A stretch of 64,000 nt of DNA, from the NCBI GenBank assembly GCA_040219255.1, contig JAVJSW010000068.1:96001-160000 (forward strand), read 5' to 3'. The notes beneath the pieces are model-generated. The model had not been told where the DNA came from and did not search any database. It saw only the letters and a program-made list of their open reading frames with translations. Made by a program: the position numbers and the translations under genes. How positions within the stretch are numbered: position 1 is the first letter of the stretch; each line of letters begins with the position of its first letter. Of the stretch, positions 20,201 to 28,531 are shown one piece after another. The DNA comes from Sumerlaeia bacterium. GTDB taxonomy: Bacteria; Sumerlaeota; Sumerlaeia; SLMS01; JAHLLQ01.

Positions 20201-20477
20201 TCAGAAGAATCTGAAACGCCTGATGGAGGTCCTGAAAGCCTTTCCCGGCAATGTACCGGTCATGCTGAACGAGGCCCCGGCGGAGAAATCACGCCTCCTC
20301 AACCGCCTCGCCGCCCGGCGCGTCATGCCCTGCCCGTTGCTCGAGGTGCGGCTCAACATGGTGCTCAACAATCGCGGCTGGCGGCTCTACGTCGACGGCG
20401 TGGCGCGGCCGCTGCGTGTCGTCCTCAACCACGATTCGAGCGACACCACGGAGCGCCGGGTGGCGAGTTCGCTGTGA
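17292..20477 (+). CDS. DnaE (Pol III alpha) paralog, predicted catalytically inactive
   Basis: PHP-palm-HhH-OB-CTD order recognisable (SLVAALLGITRVDPL, PPDVNLS, GLMVVKG, ALARAGALD) but catalytic motifs substituted. Confidence 0.85.
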   Translation: MVSVPSPPPFLPCLVRSDYAPGGQSLARLEDIFRRAAQLGLTTLALADPMSLAQVPDADAAARRWGITPIFGLEIRVTPFMDREGGEDASPAWLYAADTAGWQRLVALLNDARGRATQGKPPVLSWADVFREPRGLVLLLGGERGELTQAACEKRDKHVEALIATALRAFGKRRLGLALPRPVDAGSVRAARALWTLAQNRELLAIAAPPVRCALPEDDLAWNAIRRGRRGEQPTTLSDLARPLREREHLPSLREAAELYADFPGAVENSGKLFTLCRPIAPDGGAPRFARRFPRLVFERGVDADSWVWNTVFERAAERYGDLPARWRERLDEEFRAFAEASLMEGLACMARLAQAFDQREIPRGPGAGFLTDSLVAALLGITRVDPLRHDLPFALPADVAQRPFRLDVPSGALVEAERILRGLFPGFHCEVGRWMRWTPALALDRLRHALKLDSPRMPSPEDLRTARESDAIAREESAGDPDLSLGLDDPRGMAWLLARLEDRPRLLEPVRGLYALTAESAVSAVPLAAGTLAEWDRDAMMRVGAGLIGVQSDDLLDLAEEGAEWLRRTGRRSFRAEATALDDPEAFAIVREGATSGIGPLDSPVLKRTLRALQPTDFPSLQRAIDRDSAAPDREPVAFDRLRLGLECAAVRGRDGACFYAAALSQAQGDPRRVAMLLAEARREGLEIAPPDVNLSQWRWSPEGRGLRVGLMVVKGFPRSAYREVADIRRSMLFADTADLLRRTNPAAVRRLHIEALARAGALDGIAPGRAAILSLLPRLFDHLRPEETRDTQAMSFFGQDPQWLLEQQDPALIAAQASGAPADPPDSWESLAELDFAATGVVFSLTPEERYTDFLKVAQVKTSASLDMRDRDQVVSLLGHIVGAEPDPQSDTGRWLADCGGFFAELDEHRTEFARDSRNALEPVLVTGELRREGFSWIVRARRMERLSEADRQARRADRLEVDIGRLDQKNLKRLMEVLKAFPGNVPVMLNEAPAEKSRLLNRLAARRVMPCPLLEVRLNMVLNNRGWRLYVDGVARPLRVVLNHDSSDTTERRVASSL

Positions 20478-20633
20478 CCGCGATTCCTCGGGAATCCACT
20501 ATCGAGTCGATGTCTTCCGTGAGAACGCAGTCCTCCGCGGAATCCGCGGTTGAGGGAACGTGGACCGGTACCCGACCGGCTTGGGGTTTGCTTGCCTGAT
20601 CGGCCCAGCATTCCATCAGCGAGCCCAGCGCCA

Positions 20634-21701
20634 ATGCCCCCCCTCACCGACACCACCCCCCTCGGCTCCACCGCCCCCGGCGCGTGGGAACTGGCCTCGA
20701 TCCCCGGCTGTGAGGTCGAGGCGATTGGCGCCTCGCGCGAGGGGCGGGCGCTCTATGGGCTTCGGGCGGGCCGGGGGGCCGTGCGGGTTTCGATCACGGC
20801 GGGGGCGCACGCCGACGAGCCGGTCGGCCCCCGGACGGCGGTTCGGCTGGCGGTGGCGCTGGCGCGGAGCGAGGAGCCCTGGGCGCGTGAGCTGGCGCAA
20901 GCCTGCACGTTCCGCCTCTGCCCCCACGTGAACCCCGACGGCGACGCCCACAACGCGGCGTGGCAGGCCCAACGGGGCGACGCGCGCGCCTACCTGGAGC
21001 ACGTGACGCGCGAGGCGCCCGGCGACGACGTGGAGTTCAACTATCCCCGCTCGGCCGACGATCGCGGCACCCGGCCGGAGAACCTCGCCGTGGCGGATTT
21101 CCTACGCGCCGAAGGCGAACCCTACGCCCTGCACGCCTCGCTGCACAGCATGGGCGTGGCCGAGGGCGCGTGGTTTCTGGTGTGCCGGGAATGGGCGGAT
21201 CGCTGCCGGACCGCCGGGATGTTCGAGCGCCTGGCCAACGCGGCGGGCCGGTCCGGGCTGGGCCTCCACGATATGGAGCGCCACGGCGAGAAGGGCTTCC
21301 ACAGGCTGGCCCCGGGATTTTGTACGACCCCGCGATCGGACGCCATGCGCCAGTTCTTTCTGGACCGCGACGACGCGCAGATGGCGGCGCTGTTCCGCCC
21401 CAGCTCCATGGAGTTCATACAGAGCCTGGGCGGCGATCCGCTCTGTCTTGTGAGCGAACTCCCGCACTTCGAGCTGACGGCGGCCCACGGCGACCCGGCG
21501 CCGCTGGACGCGCGGCCCTATGGCCGGCTGCGCGACCGGCTGCCAGAGATCAAGGCGGCGCTGGCGGCGGGAAATGAAAAACCGCTCCGGGACGCGGAGC
21601 GGGAGTTTGGCCTGAGGCCGGTGACTTGGGAAACGCACAGCGATTTGCAACTCGCGTTTCTGCGGGAAGGACTTCGCGCCGTCCGGGGGACTGCTGCCTA
21701 A
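20634..21701 (+). CDS. M14 zinc carboxypeptidase family protein
   Basis: GAHADEP (HxxE), NPDG, SLHS, SELP. Confidence 0.8.
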   Translation: MPPLTDTTPLGSTAPGAWELASIPGCEVEAIGASREGRALYGLRAGRGAVRVSITAGAHADEPVGPRTAVRLAVALARSEEPWARELAQACTFRLCPHVNPDGDAHNAAWQAQRGDARAYLEHVTREAPGDDVEFNYPRSADDRGTRPENLAVADFLRAEGEPYALHASLHSMGVAEGAWFLVCREWADRCRTAGMFERLANAAGRSGLGLHDMERHGEKGFHRLAPGFCTTPRSDAMRQFFLDRDDAQMAALFRPSSMEFIQSLGGDPLCLVSELPHFELTAAHGDPAPLDARPYGRLRDRLPEIKAALAAGNEKPLRDAEREFGLRPVTWETHSDLQLAFLREGLRAVRGTAA

Positions 21702-22901
21702 TCAGCCCCCCACGTTAGGGGTGGGGTCGAGGAACTTCTGGACATCGGCCCAGGACGTGGCGTTGGGAATGACGGTGAGGCGGCGCTGCTCTTTGCCGTC
21801 GCTTCCGAGAATCAGCATCGTGGGGATGCGGTAGATTTCGAACTTCTGCGACAGCCGGCTGCCGTGGAGCTGATTGGCATCGATGCGCAGCAGCACATAA
21901 TTCTGCAACTGGGCGGCCGCGGCGGGGTCCTGAAGGGCCAGGTGCTCGAGGTACTTCACCGGTTCGAGGCGCGGCATGTAGAAGAGGATCAGCATGGGGC
22001 GGCGGTCGCGGCGCGAAGCCTGCCAAGCCGAGTTGGGGTCTTCGTACCAAAAGATGGTGGCGGGATCGAAGGGGCTGCCGGTGCTGGCTTCCTGGACCGT
22101 GGGGCGGATCCAGGGCGAGTCCGGCAGGGGCGACTCGGTAGGGGTCCACTGCACGGAGAGGTTATCCACCAGCACCGGTGGCGGAGCATCGCCGGGCTCG
22201 ATGTCGCTGGGAACGGTCACCATGACGCCAGCCGCCAGTTTGGTCAGGCCCGCGTCGCGAATGGGCGAGAAATTGCTCATCTGGCGATTGATGGCGCAGT
22301 AGATGGTGTCGGGGCCCTGGAAGATGATCTGGAGGCGGTTCCAGCCCGGGCGCTGGATGGGGAACTGCGCGACCGGCTGCTGGAGAAAGATCTGGGGGTT
22401 AGGCTCGACGCCGTCGGCGTAGGAGAAGAAGACGCGCTCGTTCTGGATGCCGAAGCGGTACATGGCGTAGTTGGAACCCTCCATCGGCTGGCGGGCCAGC
22501 AGAGCGACAAAGGGAGTCGGTTCGCCTTCGGCGGGCAGATAGAAATCGGCCTGATAGAGAGCCTGGCCGCGCTCGCCGAGGCGGGAGCGATCCATCGTGG
22601 TATCGAGCGTCGCGCTCAGGTGGGGAGTGCCGCTGCTGGGGGCCATGAGGAGGCCGAACTTGCCGCATTCGAGAGCGGCCTGGCGGGCCGTGATGGGATT
22701 GGCCTGGCCAAAGCTGTCGAAGGAACGGATCAAAACGTTCGAGTTGTTGGCGTTGTGTCCCAGGTTGAGAGCGGCCGGGAAGAGTCCCTGCTCGAAATTC
22801 TCCCAAGAGTGAATCTGATAAAGAGCCGGCAAGCGGGCCGGCAGCAGTCCCACCGTCAGTGCGCAGAGCAGCGGGAGGAACCAGGGTGTCTTGACGATCA
22901 T
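21702..22901 (-). CDS. Secreted protein: ConA/LamG-like beta domain plus C-terminal thioredoxin-like domain lacking CxxC
   Basis: Signal peptide; GWNRLQIIF strand; C-terminal PMLILFY...LLRIDAN...YRIPT...DGKE. Confidence 0.6.
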   Translation of the reverse strand: MIVKTPWFLPLLCALTVGLLPARLPALYQIHSWENFEQGLFPAALNLGHNANNSNVLIRSFDSFGQANPITARQAALECGKFGLLMAPSSGTPHLSATLDTTMDRSRLGERGQALYQADFYLPAEGEPTPFVALLARQPMEGSNYAMYRFGIQNERVFFSYADGVEPNPQIFLQQPVAQFPIQRPGWNRLQIIFQGPDTIYCAINRQMSNFSPIRDAGLTKLAAGVMVTVPSDIEPGDAPPPVLVDNLSVQWTPTESPLPDSPWIRPTVQEASTGSPFDPATIFWYEDPNSAWQASRRDRRPMLILFYMPRLEPVKYLEHLALQDPAAAAQLQNYVLLRIDANQLHGSRLSQKFEIYRIPTMLILGSDGKEQRRLTVIPNATSWADVQKFLDPTPNVGG

Positions 22902-23248
22902 TTCAGTCCTTTCAATCCGATTTATGCGGAAAGGCCGATCGAATCTCTGGAGCGCATGGGAAATGAGTCGCCTGTCCGGATCGGTGGTGAAGTCATTTCA
23001 ACCGTAATCCAAGGAAACGCTATCTCGGGGCGGACTCGACAGTCCTCATGTACTCCGACAGGAAGGGTCGAGTCGGCGCGGCAGGGATGTCAATAGTTGA
23101 CGTCACCTCATTGCAAGAAATGCTGGGTTTCGTCTCCCGAATCCGCGCCGATTTTTTGGCGCGGAATACTGAGTGAAAAAGAGTTAGTTGTGAAGTCACA
23201 AGAAAAGCCGTCTGAAAGCGCCCTCCATCCGGTCCTCCCCCCTCACTC

Positions 23249-25126
23249 CTACTCCTCGTCCTCAAGGGAATGGCTGTCCGAGAACCAGTCCCTGCGGCCT
23301 CGCGTCACCGCCAACGCCGCCCAGCCTCCCCACATGTCGTTCTTTTCCGTGGAGGCGGTGGAGGTGTCGGAGGAGTCGCCCATGACGGTGACACTGACGG
23401 CGATGGTGGCGTACCCGGCGCGGACGGGACCAAGGGGCAGCGAGTAGAAGTGCCAGCGCCTCGAATCGGGATCGAGGGACTGGATCAGGACCTTGCGGAA
23501 AATCCGGAACGCCCGGCCTTCCTGCTCCACCTTGATGGAGAACGTGAGCGGCGAGCGGGTCCGCAGGCCAGGCAGTGCCGGTTCGCTGAGAACGCCAAAA
23601 TTGATATGCGCGTCCTCTGGCAATTCCACCGTCCAGCGACTCTCCGTCGGAACCCGCAGCTCGAGCACGTCGTGTCCGATGCCGTTGGCGCAGTAGTGCC
23701 CGAGGCGCAGGGAGTGGGCGCGGGGCGAGCGGACCTGGATTTTCTCGAGCATTTGAACGAGATCGAGTTCGGGGTTTTCGACCGGCTGGCGGAAGCCCCT
23801 CTTGCGCCCCAGCAGATCGACGCGGCGGATGGCGTCGAGGGCTTGATTGCGGGCCATGTCGCGGGCCGCTTCCTCGCGGGTGCGGGGCCGGGGCGTGTCC
23901 CAGGAGCCGGGCGCGGGGGAAGACTCGACCCCTTGTTTGCCGGCAATGGCGAGCCGTGGCACATCGGTGTCTGACCAGCTCGTTTTGCGGGGCCAACGCA
24001 CGAAGCGATGAAGGTGCACCTCCTGAGGGTCCAGGCGCCGGGCTTCCTCGGCGGTCGCTTCCAGGTCTTCCTCCGCCAGCGAGTCGAGACCGTTGCGGTC
24101 GAATCCCTCGATCAGGTGAAGAGCCACGCCGACACCGGCGCCATGGGCGATTTCCACGGCGCGTTTCACTTTGTCGCTCGACAGGTTGCGCTCCGCCACG
24201 ATGCGGCGGGCGCGCTCGGGGGCCGTTTCCAGGCCCAGTTCGACGCACCGGCCGCCCGCTTTCGCCAGCAGCGCCATGCGCTCGGCGGTGATGTGTTCCG
24301 CGCAGGAGGTCCAGCGGAAGGGCCGGTGCACGCGCTCGCGCCACAAGCCGGCGAATTCCTCGATCCAGGCGTCGTCGGAAGGAAACAGGTCGTCACAGAA
24401 ATAAAAGGCGTTGGCCTCGTGATCGCCCTTCAAGTCCGCCGCGATTTCCACCAGCCGGGCCGGGGAATGGCAGCGCTGCTTTCTCGTCGGCAACTCCAGC
24501 TCGCGCAGCCGCGGCACATGACAGAAGGAGCAGGAGAACGGGCAACCGCGGCTCGCCCGGATGGGAACCGTGCGGCCGTTGACGCGCAGCAGAGCGTCGA
24601 AGGGCATGCCTTCGAAATCGGGGGCCGGATTCCGGTCCAGGTCCTCGGCCGGCAGGCGGGGGGACTCGATGTTCCAGCCGCCGGGGCCGCGCCACCACAC
24701 ATTGGGAACGCCGAGGCCGTCGCTGTGGCTGGCCAGCCGGATCGCCAGGTCCCGCAGGGCCGGTTGCCATTCGCCGAGCACGATGGCGTGAACCGCCGGG
24801 TTGTTGGTGAAGACATCGCTGCCCAGAGTGCCCATGGGCCCGCCCACGGCGACCGCGCAGGCGAGCGCGTGGCGGCGCAGGCGCAGCAGGAACTCATCCG
24901 CTTCCTCAAGCCGTTCCCGGCCGATCAGGAGAAACAGCAGGGCGGGCGGCGCGGCGCGGAGGCGCTTCTCCAGCAGGTCCCTCTGTTTGCTGGACTTGGC
25001 GACAGCGGCCTCGGCGTCGAAGCCCGCTTCGCGCAAAGCGGCCAGACCTTCCGCGACTTCCAGCCAGTCGTTCAAAGCCACGCCGTGGCCTTGCTCGAGC
25101 AGAACGATCAGCGTATGGGGCTTCAC
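23249..25126 (-). CDS. Class B (B12-binding) radical SAM protein with extra C-terminal beta domain
   Basis: SRGCPFSCSFC, FCDDLF, GLET; N-terminal VGGP/GE motifs; GTG start at 25126 after GGAAGG. Confidence 0.85.
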   Translation of the reverse strand: MKPHTLIVLLEQGHGVALNDWLEVAEGLAALREAGFDAEAAVAKSSKQRDLLEKRLRAAPPALLFLLIGRERLEEADEFLLRLRRHALACAVAVGGPMGTLGSDVFTNNPAVHAIVLGEWQPALRDLAIRLASHSDGLGVPNVWWRGPGGWNIESPRLPAEDLDRNPAPDFEGMPFDALLRVNGRTVPIRASRGCPFSCSFCHVPRLRELELPTRKQRCHSPARLVEIAADLKGDHEANAFYFCDDLFPSDDAWIEEFAGLWRERVHRPFRWTSCAEHITAERMALLAKAGGRCVELGLETAPERARRIVAERNLSSDKVKRAVEIAHGAGVGVALHLIEGFDRNGLDSLAEEDLEATAEEARRLDPQEVHLHRFVRWPRKTSWSDTDVPRLAIAGKQGVESSPAPGSWDTPRPRTREEAARDMARNQALDAIRRVDLLGRKRGFRQPVENPELDLVQMLEKIQVRSPRAHSLRLGHYCANGIGHDVLELRVPTESRWTVELPEDAHINFGVLSEPALPGLRTRSPLTFSIKVEQEGRAFRIFRKVLIQSLDPDSRRWHFYSLPLGPVRAGYATIAVSVTVMGDSSDTSTASTEKNDMWGGWAALAVTRGRRDWFSDSHSLEDEE

Positions 25127-25225
25127 GGCGAACCCTTCCCAGAAACCGAATCTCGGATGAAGACGCGAGGGGATAGCAAAGAGATTTTGGGAGGGCAAGC
25201 AAAGCTCGCCAGGATTCGATGAGCT

Positions 25226-25268
25226 AAAAAAGGGTGTCCCCCGAAGTGCCTGCTCCACTTCGGGGGAC
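25226..25268 (-). terminator. Intrinsic terminator
   Basis: 13-bp stem GTCCCCCGAAGTG/CACTTCGGGGGAC with a T6 run 5 nt downstream on the minus strand. Confidence 0.85.
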
Positions 25269-25388
25269 GGTTGCGTGCCGGCGAAAAGAAAAACCGTGCT
25301 CGCGTTTCCGGTGTTCGCCCACAGACGAGACCAGCTAACTGAAAGAAAGGTTAGCTAGGCCGGTAGTTCACCGGTGTTGATCCGGCTG
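25226..25388 (-). ncRNA. Candidate structured small RNA (unassigned)
   Basis: Intergenic; stacked hairpins CCGGT-GAACT-ACCGG and CTAGCTAAC..GTTAGCTGG, TAGATT -10-like box upstream, terminator at 3' end. Confidence 0.45.
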
Positions 25389-25586
25389 GAAAATCTACTC
25401 GCAAATCTGGAGCGCCGGATCAACGGGAAACTCAGAGCAATGACATCTTTTTCTAACCTGGGATCGCTCTAACAGGAAAATCGTTTGTCTTCTCCCCATT
25501 GCATGCCCACCATGCGCCCATCCCGGGGGGGAATGCGGACGGCCTGCGCCATCCGGGGGCCCCTCCTTTTCGAGAGGTCTTGACCC

Positions 25587-27116
25587 ATGCATCCGTTTTT
25601 CAAAAGCCGCCACCTGCTCTTCGGCGGCCTCCTTGCCGCCAGCGGCGCCTGCGTCTCCAGCGCCCCGGCCCAGCTTATCATCAGCCAGGTGATGTTCAAT
25701 TCCGCCGCCGCTACGGAAACTAACTGGGAATTCGTCGAGGTTTACAACACCACCGGCACCCCCGTCGACATGAGCGGCTGGGTCCTGGCCGACGACGATG
25801 TCGCCCCCTCCGGCGCCAACATCGCCTCGGGCACCGTGCCCGCCAACGGTGTGGCTTACCTCTTCAACGCCGCCCAGACCGAAGCGCAGTGGGAAGCCGC
25901 CTGGGCCGATGTGAACGCCATCGCCGTAACCGAATTCCCCGCACTGGGCAACAACGGTGACTTGGTTGCCATTTACAGCTCCTTCGCGAACTTCACTGGT
26001 ATGACGCCGGTCAACTCCATCGACTACTCCACCGGTTTCCCGAGCGAAGGCAACGGCGAGGCCATCTACCTCACCGATGTGAACCTTGACAATACCGACG
26101 GCGCCAATTGGGACGTTGTCGAAGCGGGCGACGTCGGCAACACCAACAGCAACGGCACCAGCGGCACCTTCCGCCAGAGCGTGGACGCCAACGGCAACGG
26201 CGGCAACGACTTTGCCTCCCTCGTTATCACCGGCAACACCCCCCCTTCGGTCTCAAACGCGGGCATCGATCCGCTGCCCTCCGGCGGCGAGTCCATCACC
26301 TTCAGCGTGGACGCCACCGATGACGACGGCTCCATCGCCGCCGTCCGCCTCTTCACCAGCATCGACAGCGACACCGGCCCCTTCACGGAAACGGCCATGA
26401 CGCTCAGCAGCGGCGACACCTACACGGCCTCCATCACCGCCGCCCCCACGGGCCAGTTCACCTACTTCTACATCGAAGTGGAAGACAGCAGCGGCGGCAT
26501 CGTCAACGTCGGCACCGAGCCCCAGCCGCGCCGCGTTTACTCCAACGCGAACCGCGCTCCCCTGGGCGAAATCGTCATCAACGAAATCATGTACAACACC
26601 GGCCTGTCTCAGCCCGCCGACGAAGGCGGCGAGTGGATCGAACTGCTCAACACCGGCAGCTCCAGCTACGACCTGTCCTACTTCGTCCTGGCCGACGACG
26701 GCGGCAACACCTCCACCCTGCCCATGGGCACCACCATCGGCGCCAACGGCTACCTGGTGCTGGCGGACAACGCCACCACCTTCACCAGCTACGGCCCCTG
26801 GGCCGCCAGCGCCGGCTCCACCCCCATCGTGGAATTCGGCCCCGATCCCGCCCTCAACAACGGAGGCGACAGCGTCATCCTCTACGCCGACGATTTCCTG
26901 ACCGAGTACGACCGCGTCGATTACAGCGATGTCGCTCCCTGGGATCCGAATGCCGACGGCACCGGCGCCAGCCTGGAGCTGATCGATCCCAGCATGGACA
27001 ATAACGTCGCGTCGAACTGGACCGCCTCGGACGCCAGCAACGTCGACGGCTCGCCGGGCGCCCCGAACCTGGGCATCGAGCCGGCCAGCGCCACCGGCTG
27101 GGACCGCTACCAGTAA
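25587..27116 (+). CDS. Secreted lamin-tail-domain (LTD x2) protein
   Basis: Signal peptide; IISQVMFN..EFVEVYN..DMSGW and VINEIMYN..EWIELLN..LNNGGD; GSPGAPN; C-terminal ASATGWDRYQ. Confidence 0.88.
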   Translation: MHPFFKSRHLLFGGLLAASGACVSSAPAQLIISQVMFNSAAATETNWEFVEVYNTTGTPVDMSGWVLADDDVAPSGANIASGTVPANGVAYLFNAAQTEAQWEAAWADVNAIAVTEFPALGNNGDLVAIYSSFANFTGMTPVNSIDYSTGFPSEGNGEAIYLTDVNLDNTDGANWDVVEAGDVGNTNSNGTSGTFRQSVDANGNGGNDFASLVITGNTPPSVSNAGIDPLPSGGESITFSVDATDDDGSIAAVRLFTSIDSDTGPFTETAMTLSSGDTYTASITAAPTGQFTYFYIEVEDSSGGIVNVGTEPQPRRVYSNANRAPLGEIVINEIMYNTGLSQPADEGGEWIELLNTGSSSYDLSYFVLADDGGNTSTLPMGTTIGANGYLVLADNATTFTSYGPWAASAGSTPIVEFGPDPALNNGGDSVILYADDFLTEYDRVDYSDVAPWDPNADGTGASLELIDPSMDNNVASNWTASDASNVDGSPGAPNLGIEPASATGWDRYQ

Positions 27117-27159
27117 ACCCGGCCCCGCCGGCCTCCAACCCGTCCACCCCAACGCACAA

Positions 27160-27205
27160 CGCCCCCGCCAGACAGCGAACCGTCCGGCGGGGGCGCTTTC
27201 GTTTT
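27160..27205 (+). terminator. Intrinsic terminator
   Basis: CGCCCCCGCC...GGCGGGGGCG stem followed by CTTTCGTTTT. Confidence 0.7.
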
Positions 27206-27230
27206 CAAGGACCTGCCGACGCCCGGGACG

Positions 27231-27452
27231 CTAGATCTTCCCCTCGATCACCCAGCAGATCGCCGCCAGCACCCCGACGAAAAACACCGCCATGACGCCG
27301 CACATCAGCGCCGCAAAGCTGGGGCAGTGGCGCCCCACGCTCTCCAGCGTCCGAACGCAGAAGCAATCGAACGGATGGGCCGGCTTGCCCTCGCGGGCCG
27401 CGTCGGCGGCGGTCAAATCGGCGAGTTGCGGAGAACGGCGCGAAAACAACAT
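27231..27452 (-). CDS. Small membrane protein
   Basis: AGGAGG upstream of ATG 27452; C-terminal hydrophobic helix; four Cys plus His near the membrane segment. Confidence 0.6.
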   Translation of the reverse strand: MLFSRRSPQLADLTAADAAREGKPAHPFDCFCVRTLESVGRHCPSFAALMCGVMAVFFVGVLAAICWVIEGKI

Positions 27453-27638
27453 GAGGGGGTTCCTCCTGGGGCTTAAGGGACAGTCAATGTGTAAACGGTA
27501 GTTCACCTTCTCCCGCTCCGTCAAGTGAAAACCCGAGCGCTCCAAAGCTTTGTTCGTGTCAATATCACACTTTATCCTTGCGCTCTCGTCCCCCCTCCCC
27601 TACCGTCGTGCCATCGCTCACCGAACGGGAGGCCCGCC

Positions 27639-28442
27639 ATGACACCCGCCGCCGACACGATGCTCCTCATCATCGACCCGCAACGCGATTTCTGCCACCC
27701 GCGAGGCAGCCTTTTCGTCCCCGGCGCGCCCGAAGACCTGGAGCGCCTCACCGCCCTTCTCGACCGCCGCGGCGCGGACATCGACACGGTCGCCGTGACG
27801 CTCGACAGCCACCAACTCCTCGACGTCGGACACCCGCTCTTCTGGCGCGACCCCCTCGGCAATCGGCCCGAGCCCTTCACCACCATCCGCCACGAAGACG
27901 TGGCCGAAGGACGCTGGACCCCCTACGATCCGGCCCTGCGCCCCCGCATGCTGGAGTACACGCGGCTTCTGAAGACTCACGGCCGCTACGACCTGACGAT
28001 CTGGCCGCCCCACTGCCTGATCGGCACGGAAGGCCACGCCATCGCCGAACCGCTGCAGGGCGCCCTGCGCCGCTGGGTCGAGGCCCGCCAGCGCCCCATC
28101 ACCTTCATCCCCAAAGGCGCCAACATCCACACCGAGCATTACAGTGCCATCCAGGCCGACGTGCCCGATCCAGCGGATCCGGCGACGGGGCGGAACACGG
28201 CGCTGCTGGAGGCGATCCGCGCGGCGGGATCCGTCGCCATCGCGGGTCAGGCGCTGAGCCACTGCGTCGCCAACACGGTGCGCGACATCGTGGGGGCCTT
28301 GCCCGCCGAAGAGCATGGCAAGCTGCACCTGCTCCGCGACACGACAAGCCCGGTTCCGGGCTTCGACGCGCAGGCGGAATGGTTCCTGGGCGAGGCGGCC
28401 GCCGCCGGGGTCCGAGTCGTGACGGCGGCCGATTGGCCCTAA
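27639..28442 (+). CDS. Nicotinamidase/isochorismatase family cysteine hydrolase
   Basis: IDPQRDF, LDSH, WPPHC, KG, GQALSHCV. Confidence 0.88.
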   Translation: MTPAADTMLLIIDPQRDFCHPRGSLFVPGAPEDLERLTALLDRRGADIDTVAVTLDSHQLLDVGHPLFWRDPLGNRPEPFTTIRHEDVAEGRWTPYDPALRPRMLEYTRLLKTHGRYDLTIWPPHCLIGTEGHAIAEPLQGALRRWVEARQRPITFIPKGANIHTEHYSAIQADVPDPADPATGRNTALLEAIRAAGSVAIAGQALSHCVANTVRDIVGALPAEEHGKLHLLRDTTSPVPGFDAQAEWFLGEAAAAGVRVVTAADWP

Positions 28443-28451
28443 GGGGGCACA

Positions 28452-28531
28452 AGGCTGGAGAGCCCTCGCTACATAACCTTGTTTTTGCGCGACTTATGCG
28501 TTGGAAAGGTCGCACGGGCGTCTCGCCCGTG
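28452..28531. repeat. Pair of REP-like palindromes
   Basis: 28452-28472 (rc GTAGCGAGGGCTCTCCAGCCT) and 28509-28531 GTCGCACGGGCGTCTCGCCCGTG in an intergenic gap. Confidence 0.65.

Noticed and set aside
17292-20477. Calling this error-prone dnaE2 or replicative dnaE
   Set aside because: Both need the palm aspartates, which appear missing; no imuA/imuB or recognisable SOS box nearby.
25127-25258. N-terminal extension of the radical SAM ORF
   Set aside because: Overlaps a terminator and promoter-like motif; GTG 25126 has a better RBS.
25361-27507. 12-bp direct repeat CGGTAGTTCACC at 25361 and 27496 flanking the LTD gene
   Set aside because: Many 12-mer matches are expected by chance in 64 kb; no integrase or composition shift.
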